Shown: positions 37,591-49,400 of the stretch, piece after piece | How the letters are laid out: every line of letters starts with the position of its first letter | How positions within the stretch are numbered: position 1 is the first letter of the stretch | IMG/VR virus record: IMGVR_UViG_3300033141_003168 | Span: 46,332 to 110,331 of that record | Strand: one strand, 5' to 3' | From: a virus | DNA: 64,000 bases | Program-made: the position numbers and the translations under genes | The notes under the pieces: model-generated | What the model was told of the DNA's origin: nothing | The model's input: only the letters and a program-made list of their open reading frames with translations | The model's database searches: none

Positions 37591-39157
37591 GATAGTCAAA
37601 GCTGAAGATCATTTCAACGACTTAATTACTAAACTCGAAAATGATTCCTTTGAGGAAATGTCTCCAGAAGCATACGGCCTGCCGCATGATTTCAAGACTA
37701 AAAATGAACTACAGGAATGGATTGAAAATAATCTAAAAATTCTAAAAGACGGCAAAGAAATAAACATAAAACTAATTCCAAAACAAATGAAAATGATTTG
37801 GGATTATTGGACGCGCAAAACAGTTTCCGGGATTTTATGGAAGCCGCGTGGCGGGGGTGGTTCGCTTACAGTTGCTATAATAATTTTTCTTTTTATGGTG
37901 TGGAAAAAATTCTCATTTAAAGATTTAGCTGGATCGGGCGAACAGGCAAAAAATGTATATGATTATGTAAAAGGATTCTTTTCAGAACAATGCGTCGGAG
38001 TGCGTGGTGCTACTATTGTCAAGGGTGAACCGCTTAAAACAAATACAGAACTTGTAACAGGGCCATCGTTACAATGTGTTCCTACTTCTGAAAAAGCTGC
38101 ACGAGGCAAACATCCTCCAGGAATTGTAATCGACGAGGCGTGTCAATCTGATCCGTCAGTTGATTCAGTTATTGAGGCTGCATTAAATATGGTATTTTCA
38201 GAAAAAGAATATTGCATTATTGCCGATTCAACATTTCATGTTCCATTCGGATGGTTTCAGGATAATTGGGATAATGCAGAATTACGTGATTATGTCAGAT
38301 ATAAATGGAGTATTTATGATTGCATGGCCCAATGTGATGATGAAATGGATTGCCGTAACTGTTTTTTGACTCAGAGAATACCTGTATTAAACGCGAACGG
38401 CAAAATCAAAAAATACAAATATACGGGTTGTAACGGTAAGGCAAGGAAATCACAAGGGTGGTTAAGTCGAAAAAATGTAATAGACGCTAAAAAGAAAAAT
38501 ACGGCAGAAACTTATCGCGTAGAATATGAATGTCACAGGCCTTCAACTAAAGGCAGGGTTTATCCTAAAGAAGATTGCGACAGGGCATTTACTCGCGACT
38601 ATGATCTTGTGAAATTACTTAAAAATGTGAGATCGTCAGTAGGAATAGATTGGGGTTTTGATTCACAAACCGCAGTGATACTTTCGCAACGACATCTTAA
38701 TCATATTGCTGTTCCTAACGAGGCGTTTTTTACGGGAACGAGTACGAGTGATATTATCGCGTATCTCCGCAGACTTAAAAGAAAGACTGGTGAGTTTGTA
38801 GTATACGCAGATGCGTCGCATCCGTTTAATAATCTCGACGTTGCTAATGCGGGATTCAAAGTTCAGGCCGTGCCCTTTAATCTTTACAAAAAGTTAGGCA
38901 TAGATAATGTCGCAAAATATTTTGAAATGAGTCGGTTAAAAATAAGCAAGGAGTGTCGAATACTCGAAAGTCAAATAAATAAGTATCGCAAGGATGAACA
39001 AGGCCGACCGGTGAAGTCAAATGACCATGGTGCAGACGGATTAATGTGCTCATTGTTACACTTCCTATTTCTTAATGAATTCGCGATAGATGAAGATGGT
39101 GAAGTTCAAGACATAGGAACTCAAAAGGAACAACAAGGCGGGGTGATTTTAATATGA
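37556..39157 (+). CDS. terL: terminase large subunit
   Basis: LIPKQ (Q motif), KPRGGGGS (deviant Walker A), ARG, IVIDEA (Walker B), DST, VGIDWG and NDHGADG (nuclease); position before the portal. Confidence 0.88.
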   Translation: MTLSKTQQAKDKIVKAEDHFNDLITKLENDSFEEMSPEAYGLPHDFKTKNELQEWIENNLKILKDGKEINIKLIPKQMKMIWDYWTRKTVSGILWKPRGGGGSLTVAIIIFLFMVWKKFSFKDLAGSGEQAKNVYDYVKGFFSEQCVGVRGATIVKGEPLKTNTELVTGPSLQCVPTSEKAARGKHPPGIVIDEACQSDPSVDSVIEAALNMVFSEKEYCIIADSTFHVPFGWFQDNWDNAELRDYVRYKWSIYDCMAQCDDEMDCRNCFLTQRIPVLNANGKIKKYKYTGCNGKARKSQGWLSRKNVIDAKKKNTAETYRVEYECHRPSTKGRVYPKEDCDRAFTRDYDLVKLLKNVRSSVGIDWGFDSQTAVILSQRHLNHIAVPNEAFFTGTSTSDIIAYLRRLKRKTGEFVVYADASHPFNNLDVANAGFKVQAVPFNLYKKLGIDNVAKYFEMSRLKISKECRILESQINKYRKDEQGRPVKSNDHGADGLMCSLLHFLFLNEFAIDEDGEVQDIGTQKEQQGGVILI

Positions 39158-39501
39158 AAAAGTTTTTACTTATCAGTGCGTCTTCGAGGAAAAATCTTGA
39201 GAACAAAATCAATGAATACGCTGAAAAGGGTTACACGGTTATAGGAGTTGCGGAATGGCATGAGGCTATTATTCTCGAACATGAAGGGCTACCAAAAATA
39301 GAATCACAAGAACAGGAAGAACAAACGGACGGAGTTGTAGTAAGGTTGTGTAATTTCGATCAATATTGTGCGTATCAAGGTGAACAAACTTTAGATGATA
39401 AGGACGTGCTTGAATGTACCAAAACTTATGCTCCTAACGAAAGTCCTTGCTCACGATTATTACAAGAAATAACACAAAGGGGGTTTGATAATGTCGGATG
39501 A
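39154..39501 (+). CDS. hypothetical protein
   Basis: Coupled to terL. Confidence 0.55.
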   Translation: MKKFLLISASSRKNLENKINEYAEKGYTVIGVAEWHEAIILEHEGLPKIESQEQEEQTDGVVVRLCNFDQYCAYQGEQTLDDKDVLECTKTYAPNESPCSRLLQEITQRGFDNVG

Positions 39502-39706
39502 TAAAACGTATACAGAGCGCAACACAAGCTATCTTGAAGGAATAGAGCGGTGGATTAAAGAAAATTTATTGCAAAAAGGTGAGTACGGATTCGCGACCTT
39601 GACTGTACGAGTTCAGGATGGTAATATTCAAGAAGTAAGGACTGCGCGAGATCAAAAACTTATGCCTGTTGAGGTAAAAAATAATGGACAAGAAAAATCA
39701 AAATAA
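39485..39706 (+). CDS. small hypothetical protein
   Basis: YGFATLTVRVQDGNI motif; overlaps neighbours. Confidence 0.55.
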   Translation: MIMSDDKTYTERNTSYLEGIERWIKENLLQKGEYGFATLTVRVQDGNIQEVRTARDQKLMPVEVKNNGQEKSK

Positions 39707-41375
39707 CCAAAGTGAAGAAGTCGATGATGCAGTGGTGACCGCAACGATTATAGAAACAGATTTGTTAAAGCATTCAACTCAGTTACAAATTACGAAAAAA
39801 TCATGGGGCGGCACCAATGCTATATCACCTCCGCACGATCCGGTGGCGTGGGGTGCAATGCCTTCCTATTCAACGCGGCTAACCAAGTGCATTGCAACTT
39901 ATGTTCAAAACACCGTTGGGTACGGTTGGTTAATCAAACCCACAAAAGAAGTTGAAGATGCGTGGAAGGAGCTATCAGACGAATTAAAAAGGACATATAA
40001 TATTCAAAAAAATCGCCTCGAAAAACTTTTCAATCGACCCAACAAAGAAATGCCGTTTACCGAAGTTATGCGACAGGAGGGAACCGACGAGGAAGCAACG
40101 GGTAATGGATACCTTGAAATAGTCAGAAACTTGCGTGGCGAACCTGCTGAAATTTATCATGCACCGGCAAGTATAACTCGGCGTAAAGAAGGTACGGGTT
40201 TTATTCAAATGAAACAGGGCAAAACAAGATATTTCAAAGATTTTGGTGACAAACATATAATGAACAAATCGACTGGTGAATATGAAGGTGATGAATTGCC
40301 ACTTGAGGATCGTGCAACTGAGATTATTCAATTCAAAATTTATTCTCCGAATTCTCCTATTTACGGATCACCGCGATACCTACCTGCTGCGCCTGCAATT
40401 TCTGGAGGAAGAGCAGCGGCGGTTCGTAATATGATGTTCTTCAAAAACAATGCAGTGCCGCCGATTGTAGTTACTGTCACCGGAGGCGCACTATCACCGG
40501 ATTCCGTTGAGTCAATTCGTTCCTTTATGGCAACAGAACAGAAAGGTTTATCAAACCAACACAGGGCAATGGTGTTGCAATCGGAATCAAGCGGTATCGG
40601 TACTCTCGGAAATTCCGGTGCAAAAATCGACGTTAAGGAAGTCGGAGTCGGATCAAAAGACGATGCATCTTTTATGGATTATCGGGCGGCAAATGATAAT
40701 GAAATCAGAGAGGCGTTTGGTATCGGTGAAGTGTTCCTCGGAACGATGAAAGACATAACAAAAGGCAATGCGGTCGAGTCGCGGCGAATCACAAATGACC
40801 AAGAATTCAAACCTGCGAAAAAAGTTAAGGAATATAAAATTCATTATACAATTATTGAGGATATGTTTTCGCAAGAAAAATCAATGAGTATGACTGATGC
40901 ATTATCGAAGTGTTTCTCTGATGAAGATAATCTTAAAAAAGCAATGACGCTCTCACCATTAGAACGGCGGTATAAAATCGAAGACGAATTGGACAAACAG
41001 TTTATCAAGGTAATAAAGGTTGAAGGTGACGAAGTAAAATTTAAGTATCGGGCAATGGCAACACTTGAGTTTATTCAGCCTCGAATAACCGACCCGGTTG
41101 AAGACGCAAGAGTACAGAAAATCTACAGTGACCTTGCGGCACTTACTATAAACGAAATCAGACAGAACATAGGTAAACAACCTTACACTCATAAGTGGGC
41201 TGACCTTCCCATTGCAATTCTTTTACAACTCGATAAGATCGAAAAGAAAAAAGTAAAGGAAGAAAGTAATGGTGAAGTAGAAGTTCCAGAAACAAATGAA
41301 GATGACGGTGTTGAGGCGATTACGGATAAATTGTTGGCAATTCGCGATAGCATTTTAAAAGACATTCAGGACTAA
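39684..41375 (+). CDS. portal protein (PBSX/HK97-like)
   Basis: TGNGYLEIVRN, IYGSP, FFKNNAVP, DASF..YR, LTINEIRQ. Confidence 0.92.
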   Translation: MDKKNQNNQSEEVDDAVVTATIIETDLLKHSTQLQITKKSWGGTNAISPPHDPVAWGAMPSYSTRLTKCIATYVQNTVGYGWLIKPTKEVEDAWKELSDELKRTYNIQKNRLEKLFNRPNKEMPFTEVMRQEGTDEEATGNGYLEIVRNLRGEPAEIYHAPASITRRKEGTGFIQMKQGKTRYFKDFGDKHIMNKSTGEYEGDELPLEDRATEIIQFKIYSPNSPIYGSPRYLPAAPAISGGRAAAVRNMMFFKNNAVPPIVVTVTGGALSPDSVESIRSFMATEQKGLSNQHRAMVLQSESSGIGTLGNSGAKIDVKEVGVGSKDDASFMDYRAANDNEIREAFGIGEVFLGTMKDITKGNAVESRRITNDQEFKPAKKVKEYKIHYTIIEDMFSQEKSMSMTDALSKCFSDEDNLKKAMTLSPLERRYKIEDELDKQFIKVIKVEGDEVKFKYRAMATLEFIQPRITDPVEDARVQKIYSDLAALTINEIRQNIGKQPYTHKWADLPIAILLQLDKIEKKKVKEESNGEVEVPETNEDDGVEAITDKLLAIRDSILKDIQD

Positions 41376-41379
41376 ATAA

Positions 41380-43449
41380 ATGTTGAAAGAAAAACAGAGG
41401 GTTGCGTTATCGTTACTTGACGATATAGTGCGTCTTACGTTAGGCGAATCCATCGGATTTATGAAGCAGGCGGGCGCGAAGCAAATGCAAGATTTTATTC
41501 TCAATCAGGAAAAAGAAGTATTCGATAGCATCCTCGCAGGTTTTGCCGATTCGATTAAGACAACCGATAAGCAACTTGCGGCAAGGGTCGCGAAGCTAAC
41601 CGTTCCTGGCAATTTCACGGTGGCGAAAACCGGTAAGAGAATTTTGAAATCTTCTGCACAGAAGGATTTTCTGAAATGGTCTGAAAAAATTTGGGGCAAA
41701 GATATTTCAAGGAAGATAAATCAGAAGATAAACCGTACTATTGAGAAAGCGTACAGGGCCAGTAAACAGTTTGCAGCCTCATCCGGCAACCTTCCGAATA
41801 TCTGGACTGCGAAGGACACGCGGGCATTAAACTTACTGGATAAGGGGTTTACTGGTTGGCTGAGTTCCGATTATATCCGCGTTTCTGATCCGAGGATCAA
41901 AAATATTCTGAAAACCCAATTTGGGAAGGCGGTTGATACAGAAACGATTGCACGAAAACTCGAAGAAAAACTTGGTAATACCTATAAAGATTATAAATCG
42001 TGGAATCAATTAGCAAGTTATCAAGTAAACCTTGCACGAAACGCCGGTCAGATTTATACTTATCAACAAAGCGGTATCACCGAAATTCAATACACCGCAA
42101 TTATCGACAAGCGTACGACTCCGTTCTGTCAGGACATGGACGGCAGGGTGGTGTTTGTTGAAGACGTTACAACACACACAGATAAATTGTTGTCGTTTGA
42201 TAATCCCGACGCTATAAGAGAATTTAAACCGTTTGCATTTTCTGAACAAATAGGTAATACCAAAAAATACAGGCACTTTGCAGGCGGTCATCAAATTAAG
42301 TTTCCAAAAACAAACGACCCAAAGTTAAACAGTAAAACTTTTGACAAGGCTGGCGTAATATTGCCACCGTTTCATAACCTGTGCAGAACAACTACCATAA
42401 TATCTTCAAGAATTGTTTCTGACTTTGTTTCTCCGGTTGCTGCGGTTCCTGTTGGTGTTAAAACACCGGCGATGGCTCCAAGACCACCATTACTTGCTGT
42501 ACCAAAGGGTAAACCACCATCAGTAGCCAGAGCGGTAGAAATGAAACCCGAAAAATTATTTTTTGAACAAATTCAAACGGCTGGTGAAATGGAATTGCCG
42601 GTTGTAAAAGGTGTTATGGAATTATTAAAGAAGAAAGCACCAGATAAATTTTTTCATAATCTTAATTCTCTTAACTTTTTTAATGAAAAGAATGCGGGGC
42701 TTTTATTTAAAAAATGGACGGGCGATAAAATGTCAAAATCAACTGGAGGGTTTTATTCAAAATTAAAAAGAGGCATGGTAGTACGAAATGATATGATACC
42801 TGGACTCGTGATGGACACACCCCTTACGCGCTTACGTCTTGCCGAAGAAGTAGCGTTTCACGAATTAGGTCATCATGTTGAATATAATCTTCTTCTGCAT
42901 CCCAGTTATGTGAAAAAAGGTGCTCCTATATTGTCACGATGGCTGGATTACTCAAGAGCTATAAAACCCATTGATCGAATTACGAGTTATGCAGGAATAA
43001 ATGAAAAAGAACATTTTGCCGAAGCTTTTACTCACTATTTTCGAGGGGGTTCATCTAAGGCAATTTTAAAAGAACGTGAACCAGGAGCGTTTAAGATTAT
43101 GAATGAACTTTCTGAAGCTTTCTCAAAGAGTTTGGCTGTCATGCTAAATGGTTTACTTGGGGAGTTTAATTTTTTGAAGCGGGTAAAGTTATCAAAAGAA
43201 GAAAAGGAGTTAGAAAGAATATCAATTGAAGGCGTTGAATTTCTTTGGGGTGAAATAATACAAGAGAAAAAGGATAAGATTGCTTTTGAAATAGTTACAT
43301 TTCTTTATCCAGGAAATAAATATTTTTCTGAAGCTGTTTTTTGGCATTTTTTACGTAAAGGTTATGATAAAAATGTGGCTGCCAAAATGGAAAAGAAAGC
43401 TAAGAAAATATTAAGTAACGTAACAATCCGCATGTTATCTATTATATAA
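41380..43449 (+). CDS. MuF/SPP1 gp7 head morphogenesis protein fused to a zincin-like metallopeptidase
   Basis: AIIDKRTTPFCQDMDG and PPFHNLCRTT (MuF); FHELGHHV...ITSYA...EHFAEAF (HExxH+E zincin). Confidence 0.88.
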   Translation: MLKEKQRVALSLLDDIVRLTLGESIGFMKQAGAKQMQDFILNQEKEVFDSILAGFADSIKTTDKQLAARVAKLTVPGNFTVAKTGKRILKSSAQKDFLKWSEKIWGKDISRKINQKINRTIEKAYRASKQFAASSGNLPNIWTAKDTRALNLLDKGFTGWLSSDYIRVSDPRIKNILKTQFGKAVDTETIARKLEEKLGNTYKDYKSWNQLASYQVNLARNAGQIYTYQQSGITEIQYTAIIDKRTTPFCQDMDGRVVFVEDVTTHTDKLLSFDNPDAIREFKPFAFSEQIGNTKKYRHFAGGHQIKFPKTNDPKLNSKTFDKAGVILPPFHNLCRTTTIISSRIVSDFVSPVAAVPVGVKTPAMAPRPPLLAVPKGKPPSVARAVEMKPEKLFFEQIQTAGEMELPVVKGVMELLKKKAPDKFFHNLNSLNFFNEKNAGLLFKKWTGDKMSKSTGGFYSKLKRGMVVRNDMIPGLVMDTPLTRLRLAEEVAFHELGHHVEYNLLLHPSYVKKGAPILSRWLDYSRAIKPIDRITSYAGINEKEHFAEAFTHYFRGGSSKAILKEREPGAFKIMNELSEAFSKSLAVMLNGLLGEFNFLKRVKLSKEEKELERISIEGVEFLWGEIIQEKKDKIAFEIVTFLYPGNKYFSEAVFWHFLRKGYDKNVAAKMEKKAKKILSNVTIRMLSII

Positions 43450-43490
43450 GAAAACATTAATTTTTAATTTAGAAATTACGGGAGGACAAA

Positions 43491-46400
43491 ATGGATTTAG
43501 AAAAAATTTCAGTACCTTATGAAAACCTCAATCAAATAAAAGAACTCGACGACGACGTACTCCTTGACGATCACCGCTGGATGCATGTTTATTGGGCTAA
43601 CTTAAAACGCGGAAATAAAATGGAGAATTGGGATAAAGAAATCGTAAAGAAAACCCATGCCGCAATAGTACAGGAAATGTTACTTAGATTTTTCTTTCCC
43701 GCGATGGCACTTGAACTCGACCAGACAGAAGAAACTATTAAAGTTGTTACTGAATGGTTAGAATTAGGTGCAATGAAAGTTATAAGTGCCGCAGAGGGAA
43801 TGGATTTAATTCGTACTGAAAGTTTTATTGAAAATGTTCATAAACACACAAAAATTCCACAAGGGATTTTAATTGCACTTTGGAATGTAGTTGAAATGGA
43901 ATTAAATAATCGCGGTATGCCGGGAGGAAATGAACCGTCCTGGAATCAGGAAAAACAACAAAGTGGTTCCGGTCGTGGTTCGGCAGGAAAGCAGAGAGGC
44001 AGTTATAATAGTCCCACGTTCGCCTACATAGCAGTTTACGGCAAAGAACCTGATATACCTTTAAGCGGCAGAATAAACAGCCCTGAGAAGGAATGGAAAG
44101 ATGGTATACTCGTAGACGAACATTTAAAACTCGAATGGCTTGATTCAATCGACGCAATCGAGGAACTTGAGTTGAGAGCTTCATGTGAAGGCCACGGTGA
44201 AAACAGGGTTACGCATGTGGTTGTTCGTTTAAAATCGCGTAACGAAACCGAAAGCAAAAAATTAGTTGAAGTGTTAAACAATAAAGACGATATTTATTCA
44301 AAATATGATGTAGGAACAGAAGGATATCCCCGAATAGTTATTGCGGGAAAAACGTGGTACGGTCAACCAGGTTGGAATGATTGGTGGGAGACTTTATCTG
44401 AAAAAATAAAAACGGCACTAAAAGCAATTAAGAAAGAGCTTGAAGAAAATTTATCAGTAGGAAAATCTTTACTCGTTTGTTCCAATTCGGAATGGTATTC
44501 AAAATATTCTTTACCGATCGCAGAATCTGACATAGAAGAAACGGATTGGATTGAATTTGAAAAAACGAAACCGCCTTTTATGTCGCCCGGTGGCAAGATG
44601 CGGCAATCAAAACAACTTGTAACTTACATACCCGAACATAAGATTTACTGTGAACCGTTTGCGGGGGCGGCAAACGTATTATTTAGGAAAGAACCTTGCG
44701 AAAATGAAATTCTTTCCGATCTTGATTCGGATTTAATTGTTACGTGGAAGTTCATCAAAAGTTGTTCTGAAATTGATTTGGGAAAATTGTCAAGATTTTA
44801 TTGGGAGCGGCCCAAAGATAAAAAACATTTTAAATCTATTTCAGATCAAGAATGCGATAGCATGCTTGATACGGTTTATAAGTTTATGTATGTTCGTTAC
44901 TGGGGTTTCCGAGGCGGTAAAACATTTAGTGAATCAATCGCACAAGATCGCACGGCACTTCAAGGATCGGCATGGGAACGAATTAAAGGGAAAATAGTAC
45001 GGGCTAAAGATCGAGTTAAGAATGTGAAGTTCGAGCGGGCGAATTACGAAGATGCCATCGCAAAACACGATTCCAAAATTACGTTTTTTTATCTTGACCC
45101 GCCTTACGGCAAGACAGGTGCACACTATTGGAAAACTTTAGATTATGAAAAACTCCTAAATGTGGTAAAAAAAATAAGAGGCAATTTTTTATTGCAACTT
45201 CACAATGATGATAAAATAAAAAATTTATTTGGAAAGCATTTTAAAATTTACACAATCACTGCTCGATATATTAGAAATCAATCGTCGCCAGACATGGGAC
45301 AATTATATAATGAGACGGAATTACTTATAAGCAACTATGAATTAAAAACAAGTGCAAGTAAGTCATTTGCAATGGACGATGATCTTGCACCCGTGGCATC
45401 TTCAGGAATAGAGTTGGGTAAAGAAATTCAGTTTGATGACATTCTTTCCGACTTCAACGACGATTATGTAATTGATCCGGCTTTCATTTCTCTTGGCGGG
45501 AACATTCTTTCGGGTGAAACAGATGAAATGGTTGATTACCACGTGAGTGGAAATTTCGGGCAAGATTTCAAAGTGCCACTTGAATTCAGACTTGGACGCG
45601 GTTCATCTTTTACCGAACGGCAGTCAATAAATTATCATGCCGAAAAAACGGATGTAGAATTAGAACCGCTATATGCACTCGTAGCGCGAAGGATAAATAA
45701 GAAAAATACTATCATACAAATGAACTTTACGGATCGCGTTTCTACTCCGCAGAATCCTCCTGATTTAATTACTCCGGAAACCGGAGTAGTTTTTGAAAAA
45801 AGTGGTGAAACAAATCTGATTTTAAAAGAAACCGTCATAAATGAGGCAAAGGCATTTATACTTGTTACGCCATTCGTTTACGTAGTAGGTGGTGTAGTTA
45901 CGCAAGGCGCAACCAAAGGCGATGTAGACATTCTTATTCGAGGACAGTTCGATGAACCGTTTCTTAGTAAAATTACACAACCGCTAATTGATAGATCGAG
46001 TACACCAAAACGACTTCACTTTCTTGACGACAAATATCACGGCCCATTTACTGCTCACGTTCCGATTTATGAATTGATGCTTGTGCCGGTAAGTTTGCTG
46101 GAAAATTCAGATACAAAAAAACAAAGAGTGGCTTCGCCAGAATTAATAAGGGAGGCGGCGCGGTCAAAATCAGAAGATCGTATAGAAATGTTTCGCTTCT
46201 TCACCGCAATGAAACCGACGAAAGGATTTTTTCCGGAACAACGACAAACAATAGATGCGTTTTTATCGCTTTTTAAGGAAGACAATTTTCCAGTAATGGC
46301 GACTAAAAAATATGATGGTATGGCTTCGCTGTGTTGGAAGTCCGGAAAGCGTGTAGAAATATGGTCTATCGAAGGAGAAAATAATACCGACCGTTTTCCG

Positions 46401-49400
46401 AATGTCGTAAAAGAAATTCAGGAACTAAATGCGGATGAACTCGCTTTGCTTATTGAAATTGAAATGTGGGACGACGGGAAACATTTACCGCGCGAAGCGA
46501 CTGTTGGTTATGTACATTCTGATAGTCCCGCTGATGATTCACAGATAACCGCAAACGTGTTTGACATAGTTTACGTTAAGGGCCTTGAGACAGACGTAAA
46601 AGACTTACCAGAGGGCGATATACACAAAGAACCCTTTTCGATACGTGACGACGTTTTGAAGGCACTTTCGTTTGAACAAGAGACCGATGGTGTACCTGAT
46701 CCTAAAATTAAATTGAATCGCACACCGTCGCATAAAGCAGAAAATGCGGAAGAACTAAAAAAACTTACGAATAAATTATCGGCTACTCCGGGATCGGAAG
46801 GGGTTGTTGCCAAACCAGCGAAAGGAACTTACGTGCTTCATGGTCGTCGCGGAGAACAAATTAAGTTTCATGTTTCCGCCGTTGCAAATGTAATCGTAAT
46901 AAAAAGAATTCCCATTTCGGGAGCAAAAAATGTTTACACTTATTTATTTGGTTTTAAAGTTCAAGGACAGGACATTTCCGATAAAAAACGGGTAAGGATG
47001 CGCGGTAAAGAATATCTTTCTTCAGGGAAAACATTTAATACTTCTCTACTCGCAAAAGTCGGTGAAGTAATAGAAATCGAATTTGAACAACTTAATTACA
47101 TTATTAATCTCGATTCCGGCGAAGAAGATGTGACTTTGTGGGCACCGCGAGTAATGAGGAAAATAAATGTCGCAGGAGATTCAATTGCTGGTGTGATTAA
47201 AAAGGCAAAAGATGAAAATATTTTAGTTACGAAGGAAATTGAAAACAAAACGATAGTTTACAAAACGTGGGATAATTATAATGAAAATTTTCTTAAATCA
47301 TTATTTAATGAGTATAATGTAGAATGGATTAAAGATGTTTCTATTAATAATGATTCCTTTAGTAAATCTGATTTTTATAATGATTTTAGTAAAAAAGCTG
47401 ATTCACTTAGCGGTCTTATTTCAATAGACTTATGTAGCGGTGCGGGTGGATTATCGCTCGGTTTAGAAAAGGCTGGATTTTCCACCGCTATTATGTCTGA
47501 CTTAGATGATGATTCAATGATTACGGCAGAAAAAAACTTTAAGAACACTGTTATTTGGAAAGCAGACCTATTTAAATTAGACTTCCAAAAACTTCATAAA
47601 TCACTTAGAGGAAAACAACTTAATCTTCTGGCAGCAGGTCTTCCGTGTCAAGGACATTCAGTCAGAGGTAAAGGTAAACATTCTGAGTCAGTAGATGAAA
47701 TAGAGAATACACACGAGTCTTTTAATAAACTTTATAAATATTTTCTTAAAGGCGTTATGATACTACAACCTGAATTTATTCTTATAGAAAATGTTCCCGG
47801 AATTTTAAGTAATGAAAACGGGAAATATGCTAATTTAATCATATATGGATTAAAAAAATTAAATTACGATGTTGAATATAAAATTTTAAAAGCTGAAGAG
47901 TATGGAGTTCCACAAATAAGAAGAAGAGTCTTTTTTATTGGAAATAGGCTTGGCCTTCCGATAATTTATCCGAGAAGCACCGAAAAAAGAATTTCAACTT
48001 GGGATGCGATTAAGGATTTAAGTAATAAATCTGAAGACGTGGATTTTGGGCACATAATTCCGAAACACTCAACAGAAACCAAAAACAGAATTAGTCAAGT
48101 GAAGCCCGGAAAAAAATATGTAACTGAAAGTGGAAAAGAGGGTTATGCTTTAAGGAGAATACCTAAAGATAAACCAGCTTATACAATACTTGCTTCAACT
48201 ACGCTTATACATCCAACTCTTGATCGTTTTTTAACGCCGCGTGAATGTGCAAGGATACAATCATTTCCTGATTCTTTTAAATTTCATGGAGGTTCTCAAA
48301 GTCAATTCCGGCAGATAGGTAATGCGGTTCCTCCTGAATTAGCAAAAGCCATAGGCTTAGTTATGAAAAAACAATTAGTAAATTACAAAAATTCAAAAGA
48401 AAAAATTTATAAAAATTTTGAAAAACAAAAAGACCCATATATGATTATTCCCGATGAAAATGAAATTTATAATTTTGTAGCACAACATCATGCCAGAGGC
48501 AAAAGTATCCACACCGATCTTCGTATGGAGTCCGAAGATAAAGATTTTCTTATTGGGTACACACTGGACGATCAAATAAAGAGTGCGATTAAAGAACCGA
48601 TTTTAACTTTAGCGCAACTAAAAAAAGTAGATGCAGACGATTCCAATTTCAAAATAAATTGGTCGGATGGAACATGGGATAAAAGAAAACGCGGTGAAGT
48701 GTTAGTAAATGTAAATATCAATACTCAGAAGAAAGCAATAGAACCAGTTGAATGGTTGGGCTATGAAGGAGTTGTTGAAAGCGGTGGCGAAGAAAAACCC
48801 GCACCCGGTGCGACACGATTTTTTCCCGGCGTGTTTCATGTAGTAGATAAAGGCACGGTAGAATATGGTTCGCAACGAAGTTATTTTCATGAGTATTTTT
48901 TAAGCGGAAAAAAATTAAATTATAGAATCATCGTCAGACTTTTAAACCTTCCCGCTGGAACAGAAGGCGATATTCCCAAATCGTGTCTGGTTGCAGATGA
49001 TTTTATTATAGGAAAAGAAGAAAATTTAATTACTACGGAAACCGGATTAGTTTATAAAGATTCGTTGAAAGCAGAGGAAATTTTACCACCTTCGGAGCCT
49101 CAAGAAGTATCAGTACCGGGGCCAATTCGGCTGACCATGAAGCCCATAGATCAAAGACCTTATGTACTTTCAAAGCGAGCAGTCGATAAAGGTTGGATGC
49201 CTCCTGATAAAAAATCGGCTTTGCCAAAACAAATCAGAAAAAAGATTCCTGATGAATTTCAATATTGGAAAGTTACTGGTACGAAGGCGCGAGACATTAG
49301 GGATTCGCTTGTCAAAGCTATTAAAGACGGCGTGGTAAAAATAGAGTTTGAGGAAATTCGTAAACAGGAAGAGGATAAAGAAATCAAGGGTGATTATACT

